From positions 31,828-95,827 of the forward strand of contig PLAH01000125.1 of NCBI GenBank assembly GCA_003134045.1: a stretch of 64,000 bases of DNA, in the 5' to 3' direction. Both the position numbers and the translations under genes were made by a program. A model generated the notes under the pieces. That model had not been told where the DNA came from and made no database searches. It was given only the letters and a program-made list of their open reading frames with translations. Below are positions 54,903 through 64,000 of the stretch, in pieces (positions within the stretch are counted from its first letter, which is position 1; each line of letters opens with the position of its first letter). This stretch comes from Gammaproteobacteria bacterium (GTDB lineage Bacteria; Pseudomonadota; Gammaproteobacteria; Steroidobacterales; Steroidobacteraceae).

Positions 54903-55982
54903 ATGCGCCCGAACCGATCGGCATTGCGCTCGATTTTCCTGGCGGGGACCGTTCTCGCCGTGGCGGGATGCGGTGGCAAGACACCGCCGCCTCTGAACTC
55001 CCCTATCTCGGCGCTGGCGAGCATCGTTGTGCAGTCGGCGCATGCACCGCTCGAGCGCACCGTCGATGGCACCATTGAGGCTGTCAATCAGGCGACCGTC
55101 TCGGCCCAAACGGCCGGCAGAATCACCGAGATCCTCTACGATGTGAACGACGTGGTCCCCGCAGGCGCCGTCATCATCCGCCTCAAGGGAAATGAGCAAC
55201 GCGCGGGCCTCGAGGGAGCCCAGGCCGCACTCGCGGAAGCGAAGGCGCGTAACGCAGAGGCGGCGACTTCCTATCAGCGCATTTCAGAGCTGTTCCAGCG
55301 GCACGTGGTATCCAAAGCGCAGCTCGACCAGGCGACCGCGAATCGGGATGCCGCTGCCGCCCGATTGACGGCGGCGGATGCGGGCATTGCTACCGCGCGC
55401 GAGGGCGTTGGCTACACGGAAATCCGCGCCCCTTATGGCGGCGTCGTCACGAAACGGCTCGTGGAAGTGGGAGAGTCCGTGAGTCCCGGCACGCCGTTGA
55501 TGACCGGCCTGTCGCTTCGGGACCTGCGGGTCGATACCAACATTCCACAAAGCATCGTGATGCTGGTCCGCCGCCTCAACCAAGCGGCCGTGTACGTTGG
55601 GAATCGACGGGTTGAGGCGACGAAGATCACGATTTTTCCGGAGGCCGCGACTCCATCGAGCACGTTTCGCGCGCGATTGGATCTACCGCCCGGCGCACTC
55701 GATCTCGCGCCAGGCATGTATGTCAAAGTGGGATTCGTCATCGGCGAGACGGATCGTCTCTTGATACCGGCTTCGGCGGTGGTCGAGCGTAGTGAGGTCA
55801 CCGGTGTCTATGTGATCGATTCACACGGACAGGTATCGCTCCGGTACGTGCGCCCCGGACAGCGCGTGGGGGACAAGGTGGAAGTTCTTGCCGGGCTCGC
55901 CCCCGGCGAACGGATAGCGCTCGATCCCGTCGCGGCCGGCGCGCACGCGGACGCTGTCGCGGCATCGGGACCCAGCTCGTGA
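54903..55982 (+). CDS. RND efflux periplasmic adaptor lipoprotein
   Basis: Track ORF 54894..55982 (GTG). In-frame ATG 54903 gives MRPNRSALRSIFLAGTVLAVAGC (lipobox). Coiled-coil and barrel regions typical of MFPs. Confidence 0.85.
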   Translation: MRPNRSALRSIFLAGTVLAVAGCGGKTPPPLNSPISALASIVVQSAHAPLERTVDGTIEAVNQATVSAQTAGRITEILYDVNDVVPAGAVIIRLKGNEQRAGLEGAQAALAEAKARNAEAATSYQRISELFQRHVVSKAQLDQATANRDAAAARLTAADAGIATAREGVGYTEIRAPYGGVVTKRLVEVGESVSPGTPLMTGLSLRDLRVDTNIPQSIVMLVRRLNQAAVYVGNRRVEATKITIFPEAATPSSTFRARLDLPPGALDLAPGMYVKVGFVIGETDRLLIPASAVVERSEVTGVYVIDSHGQVSLRYVRPGQRVGDKVEVLAGLAPGERIALDPVAAGAHADAVAASGPSS

Positions 55983-58900
55983 CGAAACCGCTGGGTTTGA
56001 GCGGCCGGCTCGCGCGATTCTTTCTGGAGAACCAGCTGACGCCGCTGCTGGCATTGACCGCGCTTTTGATGGGGGCGTTCGCGGTCCTCGTGACGCCTCG
56101 CGAAGAGGAGCCGCAGATCGATGTCACCTTCGCCAATATTCTGATCCCGTTCCCCGGCGCGAGCTCGGAACAAGTGGAGAATCTCGTTGCGACCCCGATG
56201 GAGAAGGTGCTCGGCGAGATCTCCGGCGTCAAACACATCTATTCGGTCTCCCGCCCCGGGCTTGCGGTCTTGACCGTGCAGTATGAAGTCGGAATCCACC
56301 GCAACGACGCCATCGTGCGCCTCTACAACGCCGTGTATTCCAATCAGGATTGGCGTCCGGCGGGCGTTGGCATCGGTCAGCCGCTCATCAAGCCGAAGGG
56401 CATCGACGATGTGCCCATCGTGACGCTCACCTTGTGGAGTCGCAATCCCGCCTTGGGGGGGCATGAACTCGGACAGGTGGCGCGCGCCATCGAAAGTGAG
56501 TTGAAGCGGGTCCCTGACACCCGCAACGTTTATTCGATTGGGGACAGTGCTCCCATGATCCGGGTGGAGCTCGATCCGGGGCGGCTTTCGGCGGCGGGGC
56601 TCACCGCGGCCGACCTGGCGGCGGCGCTGCAAGCGGCGAATCTCGTCCGTCAGGCAGACGCGGTCGTGGATGAGAACCGGCTGTCGCCGGTGCAGGCCGG
56701 TCAGTTCCTCGCCAATCGCGACGATGTAGGCGGCCTCATCGTCTCGGCCCGCGATGGCAAGCCTATCTATCTCGACGACGTGGCGACCGTCACCGATGCC
56801 CCCCAGACACCCTCGCAATACGCGTGGTTCGGCTCGGGGCCGGCATTCGGCAAAGCAGGCGGCCAGGGCATCGGTCAAGCTCCTGCGGTGACGATCGCCA
56901 TTGCCAAGAAACCCGGTAGCAATGCGATCGATGTCGCAACCGCCATCATCAACCGCGTCGAACAATTGAAGGGCATCACGATCCCGTCCGGCGTCGAGGT
57001 GACGGTCACGCGCAACTACGGTGTCACAGCAAACGACAAAGCCAAGAAGCTGATTGAGAAGCTCCTATTCGCCACGGCGTCGGTCGTGATTCTGGTGTTG
57101 CTGGCCGTGGGTAAGCGCGAAGCCGTGGTGGTGGGCGCCGCCGTCATCGTCACTCTGGCCGCCACGCTCTTTGCGTCCTGGGCCTGGGGCTTTACGATCA
57201 ATCGGGTTTCCCTGTTCGCCTTGATTTTCGCGATCGGAATCCTCGTCGATGATGCCATCGTGATCGTCGAGAACGTGCACCGACATTTGTCCATCGACAG
57301 GGGTTCTCTGTCCGACGTCATCCCGGTCGCCGTGGACGAGGTTGGCGGACCCACGATTCTGGCCACCTTTACGGTGATCGCGGCGCTGCTGCCGATGGCG
57401 TTTGTCTCGGGGCTCATGGGCCCTTACATGAGTCCGATCCCCATCAATGCGAGTATGGGAATGCTCATCTCGCTGGGCGTGGCGTTGATCTTCACGCCGT
57501 GGCTGTGCCGAAAGTTATTCGCAAGGGAAGCACGCAACGAAGCCGCGGAATCCAAAATGGAAGGCAAGCTGCACCGGTGGTTCGAACATCTGATGGCTCC
57601 ATTCTTGCTGGGAGAGCATGCGCGCCGCAACCGCCATCGATTGTATTTCGGCACGGCGGGCGCGATCGTCGTTGCGGTGCTGCTCGCCGTGGTTCAACTC
57701 GTCGTCTTGAAAATGCTGCCGTTCGACAATAAGTCTGAATTTCAGGTGGTCGTCAACATGCCCGAGGGCACGCCGGTCGAAGGAACCGCTCGGGTGCTGG
57801 CGGGGTTGGCGGCGATCGTGCGGCAAGTACCGGAAGTCACCGATTATCAAGCGTATGCGGGAACCGCCGCCCCCATCAATTTCAATGGCTTGGTGCGTCA
57901 GTACTACTTACGGGGCGATAGCAATCAAGGCGATCTGCAGGTCAATCTGATCGATAAACACGATCGGAGCCGCAAGAGTCACGATATCGCACGCGCCATT
58001 CGGCCGGCACTTGCCGCTGAGGGCAAGAGGCTCGGGGCCGCCTCCGTTCAAGTGGTCGAGGTGCCCCCGGGGCCGCCGGTGCAGGCTCCCTTGGTGGCCG
58101 AGATCTACGGCCCGGCCTATGCCGCGCAAGAACGAATCGGGCGGGCGCTGCGCAGGGTATTCGATTCGACTCGCGATATCGTCGATACCGACGATACCCT
58201 CGCTGCCCCGGTGCCTCGGTTCATCGTCTCGCTCGATCGTGCGAAGGCGGCGCTACTGGGTGTGACCCAGGCGGCGGTCTCTGAATCGCTCACCACGGCG
58301 CTCGCCGGATTCGATGCGACCTATGTCCATTCGGGCCGCGAGCGCGATCCGATTGCCGTGCATCTCGAACTCGGATCGGCCGACAAGCAGGGGCTTGAAC
58401 GGGCGCTCGCCCTCCCGGTGCGCAGCGCAACCGGCTCCTTGGTGCCCTTGTCCGAAGTGGTCACGGTGTCGAAGGTGCCGTGGGATGCGACGATTTACCA
58501 CAAAGATCTCTTACCCGTGGTGTTCGTCACCGGCGACATGGCCGGCCGGCTCGATAGTCCGCTCTACGGCATGTTCGACATCGTCTCGCAGATCGATAAA
58601 GCCCCGCCCGCCGGACAGCCGATCATGCAACGCTTCATGAGTCCGCCCGACCGTCCGAGTGAATTCAGCGTGAGGTGGGACGGCGAGTGGACGATCACCT
58701 ACGAAACGTTCCGCGACATGGGTCTCGCGTACGCCGTGGGCCTCGTGTTCATCTACCTGCTCGTGGTGGCGCAATTCCGCTCCTATGCCGTGCCGCTCAT
58801 TATTATGGCGCCGATTCCCCTGACCATCATTGGCGTAATGCCCGGGCATGCGCTGCTCGGCGCTCAATTCACCGCGACCTCGATGATCGGAATGATCGCG

Positions 58901-59203
58901 CTGGCCGGCATCATTGTCCGCAACTCCATTTTGCTGGTTGACTTCATCAACCAGGAGATCGCGGCGGGACAGCCGCTCGCGCAGGCAGTCATGCGCGCGG
59001 CCTCCATTCGGGCGCGGCCCATCGTCCTCACAGGTCTGGCCGCGATGATCGGGGCGTTTTTCATCATCGACGATCCGATATTCAACGGTCTCGCCATTTC
59101 CCTGATCTTTGGGATCTTGGTATCGACGGCGTTGACGCTTCTGCTGATTCCGCTGCTCTATTACGGCTACATCAAGCGCTCTCATGCGAGCGCCGCTATC
59201 TAA
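55979..59203 (+). CDS. RND efflux transporter permease
   Basis: Track ORF 1074 aa. GTG start overlaps the adaptor stop (GTGA). 12-TM / two-loop pattern. GILVDDAIVIVENVHRH motif. Confidence 0.9.
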   Translation: MTKPLGLSGRLARFFLENQLTPLLALTALLMGAFAVLVTPREEEPQIDVTFANILIPFPGASSEQVENLVATPMEKVLGEISGVKHIYSVSRPGLAVLTVQYEVGIHRNDAIVRLYNAVYSNQDWRPAGVGIGQPLIKPKGIDDVPIVTLTLWSRNPALGGHELGQVARAIESELKRVPDTRNVYSIGDSAPMIRVELDPGRLSAAGLTAADLAAALQAANLVRQADAVVDENRLSPVQAGQFLANRDDVGGLIVSARDGKPIYLDDVATVTDAPQTPSQYAWFGSGPAFGKAGGQGIGQAPAVTIAIAKKPGSNAIDVATAIINRVEQLKGITIPSGVEVTVTRNYGVTANDKAKKLIEKLLFATASVVILVLLAVGKREAVVVGAAVIVTLAATLFASWAWGFTINRVSLFALIFAIGILVDDAIVIVENVHRHLSIDRGSLSDVIPVAVDEVGGPTILATFTVIAALLPMAFVSGLMGPYMSPIPINASMGMLISLGVALIFTPWLCRKLFAREARNEAAESKMEGKLHRWFEHLMAPFLLGEHARRNRHRLYFGTAGAIVVAVLLAVVQLVVLKMLPFDNKSEFQVVVNMPEGTPVEGTARVLAGLAAIVRQVPEVTDYQAYAGTAAPINFNGLVRQYYLRGDSNQGDLQVNLIDKHDRSRKSHDIARAIRPALAAEGKRLGAASVQVVEVPPGPPVQAPLVAEIYGPAYAAQERIGRALRRVFDSTRDIVDTDDTLAAPVPRFIVSLDRAKAALLGVTQAAVSESLTTALAGFDATYVHSGRERDPIAVHLELGSADKQGLERALALPVRSATGSLVPLSEVVTVSKVPWDATIYHKDLLPVVFVTGDMAGRLDSPLYGMFDIVSQIDKAPPAGQPIMQRFMSPPDRPSEFSVRWDGEWTITYETFRDMGLAYAVGLVFIYLLVVAQFRSYAVPLIIMAPIPLTIIGVMPGHALLGAQFTATSMIGMIALAGIIVRNSILLVDFINQEIAAGQPLAQAVMRAASIRARPIVLTGLAAMIGAFFIIDDPIFNGLAISLIFGILVSTALTLLLIPLLYYGYIKRSHASAAI

Positions 59204-59219
59204 CTACACGGGGTTATCC

Positions 59220-60500
59220 ATGGCACACGTCATCGTCATTGGCGCAGGATTGGGGGGCATTCCCGCCGCATTCGACCTGCGCAAGCATCTTCCCAAAAGC
59301 CATCGCGTGACGTTGATCGGCGCAAGACCGTATTTCGAATTCACGCCCTCGAATCCCTGGATTGCGGTGGGATGGCGAACGACCGCAGAGACCCGTGTGA
59401 CGATGCAAGCACCGCTCGATAACAAGGGCATCCAATGGGTTGTCAATACCGTCACCCAGATCGATGCTGAACACTCCAAGCTCGAGCTCGATGACGGCAA
59501 GGAACTCCACTATGACTACCTCGTCATTGCGACCGGACCGCGTCTCGCCTTCGAGGAAGTGCCCGGGTTGGGCCCGGACGGATTCACGCAGTCGGTGTGC
59601 AGCCAGGACCATTCGGCGCAGGCATGGACGCGATATCAGGATTTCTTAAAAAATCCCGGCCCCATCATCGTCGGTGCGGCGCCCGGTGCCAGTTGTTTCG
59701 GCCCCGCATACGAAACCGCGATGATATTGGATTCCGATCTACGCAAACGCAAGCTGCGAGACCGTGTGCCGATGACTTACGTGACGAGCGAGCCGTACAT
59801 CGGCCACATGGGCTTGGGCGGCGTTGGCGACAGCAAGGGGCTCATGGAATCGGAACTGCGCGAGCGCCACATCAAATGGATTGCCAACGCCAAGATGACC
59901 TCCGTCACCGCGAATGAGATGACCGTGCAGGAACTCCATGAGGACGGAGCGCTCAAGAAGGAGCACAAGTTGCCGTTCGCGTACAGCGCCGTGATCCCCG
60001 CGTTTAAGGGCGTCGACGCCGTGGCGGCGGTGCCGGGACTGTGCAATCCGCGCGGCTTCGTGCTGATCGACAAGCATCAGCGAAACCCGAAGTACACGAA
60101 TATCTTCTCCGTCGGCGTCTGTGTCGCCATCCCGCCGGTCGAGGCAACCCCCGTCGCGACCGGTGCGCCGAAGACGGGCTACATGATCGAATCGATGGTA
60201 TCGGCCACGGCGGCCAATATCGTCGCTGAAATTGCCGGCAAGCCGGCGGTCGCCGAAGCCACTTGGAATGCCATTTGCCTGGCGGATTTTGGCGACACCG
60301 GAGCCGCATTCGTCGCGCTCCCGCAGATTCCGCCGCGCAATGTCACGTGGTTCAAGAAGGGCAAGTGGGTGCACTTGGCGAAGGTCGCGTTCGAAAAATA
60401 TTTCCTGCGCAAGGTACGCACCGGTTCGTTGACCCCGATCTACGAAACCTATGTGCTCAAGGCACTGGGCATCGTGTCGCTCAAGCGTCGCGCAAACTGA
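59220..60500 (+). CDS. sqr: Sulfide:quinone oxidoreductase (type I-like)
   Basis: Track ORF 59184..60500 trimmed to MAHVIVIGAGLGG (ATG 59220). FAD fold. Cys127 (QSVCSQ), Cys159 (GASCFGPAYE) and a third Cys in NAICLADFGD parallel the three catalytic Cys of Acidithiobacillus-type SQR. Confidence 0.85.
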   Translation: MAHVIVIGAGLGGIPAAFDLRKHLPKSHRVTLIGARPYFEFTPSNPWIAVGWRTTAETRVTMQAPLDNKGIQWVVNTVTQIDAEHSKLELDDGKELHYDYLVIATGPRLAFEEVPGLGPDGFTQSVCSQDHSAQAWTRYQDFLKNPGPIIVGAAPGASCFGPAYETAMILDSDLRKRKLRDRVPMTYVTSEPYIGHMGLGGVGDSKGLMESELRERHIKWIANAKMTSVTANEMTVQELHEDGALKKEHKLPFAYSAVIPAFKGVDAVAAVPGLCNPRGFVLIDKHQRNPKYTNIFSVGVCVAIPPVEATPVATGAPKTGYMIESMVSATAANIVAEIAGKPAVAEATWNAICLADFGDTGAAFVALPQIPPRNVTWFKKGKWVHLAKVAFEKYFLRKVRTGSLTPIYETYVLKALGIVSLKRRAN

Positions 60501-60517
60501 AGAGGTAGACGAGTACC

Positions 60518-61834
60518 ATGACCGCTCGTGAATCGGCACGCAACGTCCCTCCACTGCCGCGCTGGGCACTGTGGACGTTGCTCGCGATCCCCTGGGTCAG
60601 CCACGCGGAATCGTTGAGCGATGCGTGGACTATGGCTCTGCAGTCGGACGGCACGGTGGCGGCCGCGCACAGTGAACGGGATGCGGCAGAGGCTGAACGC
60701 TCCGCTGCGATGCGCCAGCGTTGGCCATCACTGGATCTCAACGGTAACTACACCCAGCTACAACACGCGCCGCAATTCGACTTTACGACGCCCACCGGCC
60801 AGATACTGGCGCCAATTTGGCGGCACGACGGGTACGCGGCGGCCGGCGCCGATTTATCGGTGCCGGTTTGGACATCGGGTGGAACCAGCGGGGCCATTGG
60901 CGCCGCCGCCGCCGGCGTCCGAGGAGCCGCCGCCCAGGAGGTGGGAAGCGCGGCCGATGTGAAACTCGCCGTTGCCGAATCCTATGTGGCGGTGTTCCGC
61001 GCCCGCAGGGCGTTGGCCGTGGCCGAGTCGAACGTGGCGAGCCTGATGGCGCATCGCGACGATGTGCAGGTCATGTACGACACACAAGCGGTGCCGCAGT
61101 CGGATCTGCTCGGGGCTCAGGTTTCGTTCGCCAATGCCCAGCAACAACGTTTGCGTGCCGCCAATGCCCTGCATTTGGCGACGGCCGCTTACAACCGCTG
61201 GGTCGGTCAGCCCTTGGATCGCGCTCCCGAACTCGATGAGCCATCGACCACGCCGGCTGGCGATACCGGCGAACCACTCGAGCAGTTGGTCGCTCATGCC
61301 CTCGATCGTCGCCCCGAACTTGCGGCGTTGAGCGCGCAGCAAGAGAAGTTTGAGCAAGCCGCGCGGTCGGAACGTGCGCAAGGGCTGCCGCAGGTTGCAC
61401 TGCACGCGGGCTACAACCACTTCGACAATCAGATCTTGGATCGTGAGAATTTCGCGTCGATCGGTATCGGATTTCAGTGGCGAGTCTTCGATAGCGGACA
61501 GCTCAAGGCAAGAACGAGCGCCTTGCACAGCCACGCGCGCGCCACGGGTCAACAGCTTGCCGATTTTCGATCGATGGTAGCGCTGCAAGTGGAAACCGCC
61601 TTTCTCGATCGTGAGGAATCGATCGCGAGAATTCACGTCTCTGCCGCGGCTGTTGCCCAGGCGGAAGAAAACGTCCGGGACGCCAAGGAACTCTACGGGA
61701 ACGGGCTTGGAACCAGCAATCAAGTGTTGGACGCGGAAACCCTCCGCGTAGTCGCGTTGACCAATCGGGATGACGCCGCCTTCGATCTACTCATCGCAGA
61801 GTTCCGGTTGCAGCGCGCGCTCGGAGACTTGTGA
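60518..61834 (+). CDS. TolC-family outer-membrane efflux protein
   Basis: Track ORF 438 aa. Signal peptide ...WVSHA. Two tandem OEP repeats. Confidence 0.85.
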   Translation: MTARESARNVPPLPRWALWTLLAIPWVSHAESLSDAWTMALQSDGTVAAAHSERDAAEAERSAAMRQRWPSLDLNGNYTQLQHAPQFDFTTPTGQILAPIWRHDGYAAAGADLSVPVWTSGGTSGAIGAAAAGVRGAAAQEVGSAADVKLAVAESYVAVFRARRALAVAESNVASLMAHRDDVQVMYDTQAVPQSDLLGAQVSFANAQQQRLRAANALHLATAAYNRWVGQPLDRAPELDEPSTTPAGDTGEPLEQLVAHALDRRPELAALSAQQEKFEQAARSERAQGLPQVALHAGYNHFDNQILDRENFASIGIGFQWRVFDSGQLKARTSALHSHARATGQQLADFRSMVALQVETAFLDREESIARIHVSAAAVAQAEENVRDAKELYGNGLGTSNQVLDAETLRVVALTNRDDAAFDLLIAEFRLQRALGDL

Positions 61835-61904
61835 GTCGCCGTTTGGGCGCCATCAGCCGGCACCGATTTTTGTCGCGATGGCACGCTGCGCATGCGCAAG
61901 TAAC

Positions 61905-62687
61905 ATGTTGACGTTGACTTCGCTGCAATACCTGCTGGGGGCCGTGTCAGGCAGCCTCGTCGGCTTCACTCTCGGGCTCGTCGGAGGCGGCGGATCCATC
62001 CTCGCAGTGCCCTTGATGATTTATGTGGTGGGCGTCCGCAACCCGCATGTGGCGATCGGCACCAGTGCGTTTGCGGTCGCGGCCAACGCGGCCGTCGGCC
62101 TGATTCATCATGCGCGACAGGGACGCGTCATATGGCGGTGCGGTGGAATCTACGCGCTTGCCGGTATTGTTGGCGCGCTTGCCGGCTCAACGGTCGGCAA
62201 GTATTTCGATGGACAGCGGCTCCTGTTTTTGTTTGCGCTGGTGATGATTCTGGTGGGCGTCCTGATGTTGCGGCGACGGCACGATAGCGGAGTCGCGGGT
62301 GCAGCCTGTCACCGAGGGAATGCCGGCAAAGTGTTGAGCTTCGGGTTCGGCACCGGTGTGTTCTCGGGCTTCTTCGGAATTGGGGGTGGATTCCTGATCG
62401 TGCCGGGCCTGATGGGCTCGACCAACATGCCCATGCTGAATGCGGTGGGCACGTCGCTCGTGGCGGTCACTGCCTTTGGACTCACGACCTCACTGAATTA
62501 CGCCCTCTCGGGCTTGGTGGATTGGCCGCTCGCAGGTGTATTCATTGCGGGCGGAGTGATGGGAAGCACGATCGGAACCACGGCCGCAAAGCGCCTCGCG
62601 GGTACCGCCGGCCGATTGACGAGCGTATTCGCGATGTTGATCTTTCTCGTCGCGGCCTACATGCTCTGGCGCGGCAGCCACCCTTAG
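61905..62687 (+). CDS. TauE/SafE-family anion (sulfite/organosulfonate) exporter
   Basis: Track ORF 61770..62687 trimmed to MLTLTSLQYLLG (ATG 61905). GGGGSILAVPLM and GIGGGFLIVPGL repeats. Confidence 0.8.
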   Translation: MLTLTSLQYLLGAVSGSLVGFTLGLVGGGGSILAVPLMIYVVGVRNPHVAIGTSAFAVAANAAVGLIHHARQGRVIWRCGGIYALAGIVGALAGSTVGKYFDGQRLLFLFALVMILVGVLMLRRRHDSGVAGAACHRGNAGKVLSFGFGTGVFSGFFGIGGGFLIVPGLMGSTNMPMLNAVGTSLVAVTAFGLTTSLNYALSGLVDWPLAGVFIAGGVMGSTIGTTAAKRLAGTAGRLTSVFAMLIFLVAAYMLWRGSHP

Positions 62688-62693
62688 GGAACC

Positions 62694-63185
62694 ATGATTC
62701 AGACTCGCATTCCGCCACCCGTCTATGCGCTTTGCACGGCTCTGTTCATGTGGCTCGCGAATCGGCACGCCCCCGCCATTCGATGGATCGCCGCCCCATG
62801 GAATGAGTTCGGATGGATATTGATTGCACTGGGTTTGGCGTTGGACCTGCATTCGATACTGATCTTCATTCGCACACGCACAACGGTAAATCCGCTTCGC
62901 CCCGGAAATGCGACCCAATTGGTCGTATCTGGCGTCTACCGGATTTCCCGCAATCCCATGTATCTTGGCATGGTGCTGTCCCTGAGCGGGTGGGCGTGGC
63001 TACTTGGCAGCCCGTTGTGCTTGCTCATGGTTTTACTATTCGCTCGTGTCTTGGTCATCGTTCAAATCACTCCCGAAGAGATTGCGTTGCGAGACCTGTT
63101 CGGCACGAGCTATGGTGACTATTGCAAGCAAGTCAACCGCTGGATTGGCCGAAAGGGTCGGTCCACCAAACGTCCCCCAGAATGA
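62694..63185 (+). CDS. Membrane methyltransferase of the ICMT/PEMT family
   Basis: Track ORF 163 aa. Four TM helices. LVVSGVYRISRNPMYLGMVL signature. Confidence 0.75.
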   Translation: MIQTRIPPPVYALCTALFMWLANRHAPAIRWIAAPWNEFGWILIALGLALDLHSILIFIRTRTTVNPLRPGNATQLVVSGVYRISRNPMYLGMVLSLSGWAWLLGSPLCLLMVLLFARVLVIVQITPEEIALRDLFGTSYGDYCKQVNRWIGRKGRSTKRPPE

Positions 63186-63210
63186 ATATCGATGTAACAC
63201 GAGGTCAGGC

Positions 63211-64000
63211 ATGTCAACCCGCCACGAATCATCTGTCAATGCGGCACAGATCGACTATTGGAACGCGACCGCGGGTGAAACCTGGGCGTTGTTTCAGGAA
63301 CAATTGGATCGCCAGATAGCGCCGCTGGGCCTCGAGGGATTGAGGGTTCTTGCGCCTGCGACCGGGGAAAGGGTAATCGATATCGGCTGCGGATGCGGCC
63401 AGACGTCATTGGATCTTGCGCGCCGAGTGGGAAGCAATGGTCACGTGGTAGGCGTCGATATCTCCGCGCCGATGCTCGATGTGGCTCGTCATCGGCCCCT
63501 ATCGGGCTCGGCGATGCGGCCGGAGTTTCGCGAAGTCGATGCGCAAAGCGTCGATCTGGGGCATGCCGTGTTTGACGCCGGCTTCTCCCGCTTCGGAGTG
63601 ATGTTCTTCAGTGATCCCATCGCCGCGTTTTCGAATATCCGTCGATCGCTGAAGCCGCGCGGACGCTTGGGCTTCGTGTGCTGGCGCCCACTTTCGGAGA
63701 ATACCTGGATGCTGGCGCCGCTGAACGCCGCGCTTCCGTTCCTGCCGGCGCCGCCGCCGGCGGATCCCTTGGCGCCGGGTCCGTTTGCGCTTTCCGACGC
63801 CGGCCGCGTGCGGTCCATCTTGCGTGATGCCGGTTTCGGGTCGGTGACGATCGAGCCTTTCGACGCCATCATCGGCAGCGGCGACATCGAACAAACCTTG
63901 GAGTTGACGCTCGAGGTTGGGCCGCTGGGGGCGGCGCTGCGCGAGAATCCGCAGCAGAAAAGCAATGTGGCCGATGCGGTGCGCAAAGTGCTGACACACT
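63211..64000 (+). CDS. Class I SAM-dependent methyltransferase (3' end beyond the window)
   Basis: Not in the track (no stop inside the window). My translation from ATG 63211 (GAGG upstream): MSTRHESSVNAAQIDYWNATAGETW...RVIDIGCGCGQTSLDLARRVG (motif I)...GRLGFVCW. Confidence 0.75.
   Translation, partial: MSTRHESSVNAAQIDYWNATAGETWALFQEQLDRQIAPLGLEGLRVLAPATGERVIDIGCGCGQTSLDLARRVGSNGHVVGVDISAPMLDVARHRPLSGSAMRPEFREVDAQSVDLGHAVFDAGFSRFGVMFFSDPIAAFSNIRRSLKPRGRLGFVCWRPLSENTWMLAPLNAALPFLPAPPPADPLAPGPFALSDAGRVRSILRDAGFGSVTIEPFDAIIGSGDIEQTLELTLEVGPLGAALRENPQQKSNVADAVRKVLTH

Noticed and set aside
55808-56965. Minus-strand track ORF of 385 aa inside the second RND pump gene
   Set aside because: Antisense shadow of the RND permease. 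No motifs.
1-64000. Scan for CRISPR arrays, tRNA/rRNA genes, integrases, toxin-antitoxin pairs and known phage-defence gene families
   Set aside because: I recognised none. The only repeats found are the short palindromes and low-complexity coding repeats reported above. This was a scan by eye, not an exhaustive computational search.

Overview
High-GC chromosome segment of gammaproteobacterial type. The block polA-engB-cytochrome c4-dsbA has the order I recall from Pseudomonas. I saw no rRNA, tRNA, CRISPR array, intact IS or prophage.

**1 to ~37.2 kb: housekeeping.**
- gltB 5' part. It runs off the window start, so it is absent from the ORF track.
- CBS protein, oligopeptidase B, several envelope proteins, an M28 peptidase and a YadGH-like ABC exporter.
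- A divergent pair: an FlhC-like protein and a protein with two tandem FlhD-like repeats.
- nudC and two Lys/Ala-rich H1-like proteins.
- A nine-gene arginine operon behind tandem ARG-box-like sites: argR-argG-X-argC-argD-argF'-argB-argH-thioesterase. Five junctions are 4-nt overlaps.
- FKBP isomerase, AcpA-like phosphoesterase, an LptM-like lipoprotein and polA.
- A candidate sigmaE-driven sRNA in the polA-engB spacer.

**~37.2 kb to the end: lower G+C, mosaic.**
- Gene remnants (aldo/keto reductase, HMA, DedA, IS4-type transposase).
- An RND efflux operon, an orphan NarL-family regulator, a ClC channel and a BON protein.
- cydP-like-cydABX.
- Two ArsR-family regulators with a BigR/SqrR-like cysteine pair, and a rhodanese.
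- A long operon: DUF2892-MFP-RND-sqr-TolC-TauE-ICMT-methyltransferase.

**Most interesting.**
1. A phased 16-bp palindrome, AGTGAC-N4-GTCACT, lies upstream of three units in the island. It closely resembles the mycobacterial DosR box.
2. A sulfide:quinone oxidoreductase gene sits inside a tripartite RND efflux operon, with no persulfide dioxygenase in view.
3. The FlhC-like / tandem-FlhD-like pair has no flagellar or conjugative context.
4. An uncharacterised P-loop-like gene (X) is translationally coupled inside an arg operon that lacks argA/argJ/argE, next to an argF' with Ala at the acyl-specificity position.

All family assignments come from motif recognition by eye. None is a database search result.
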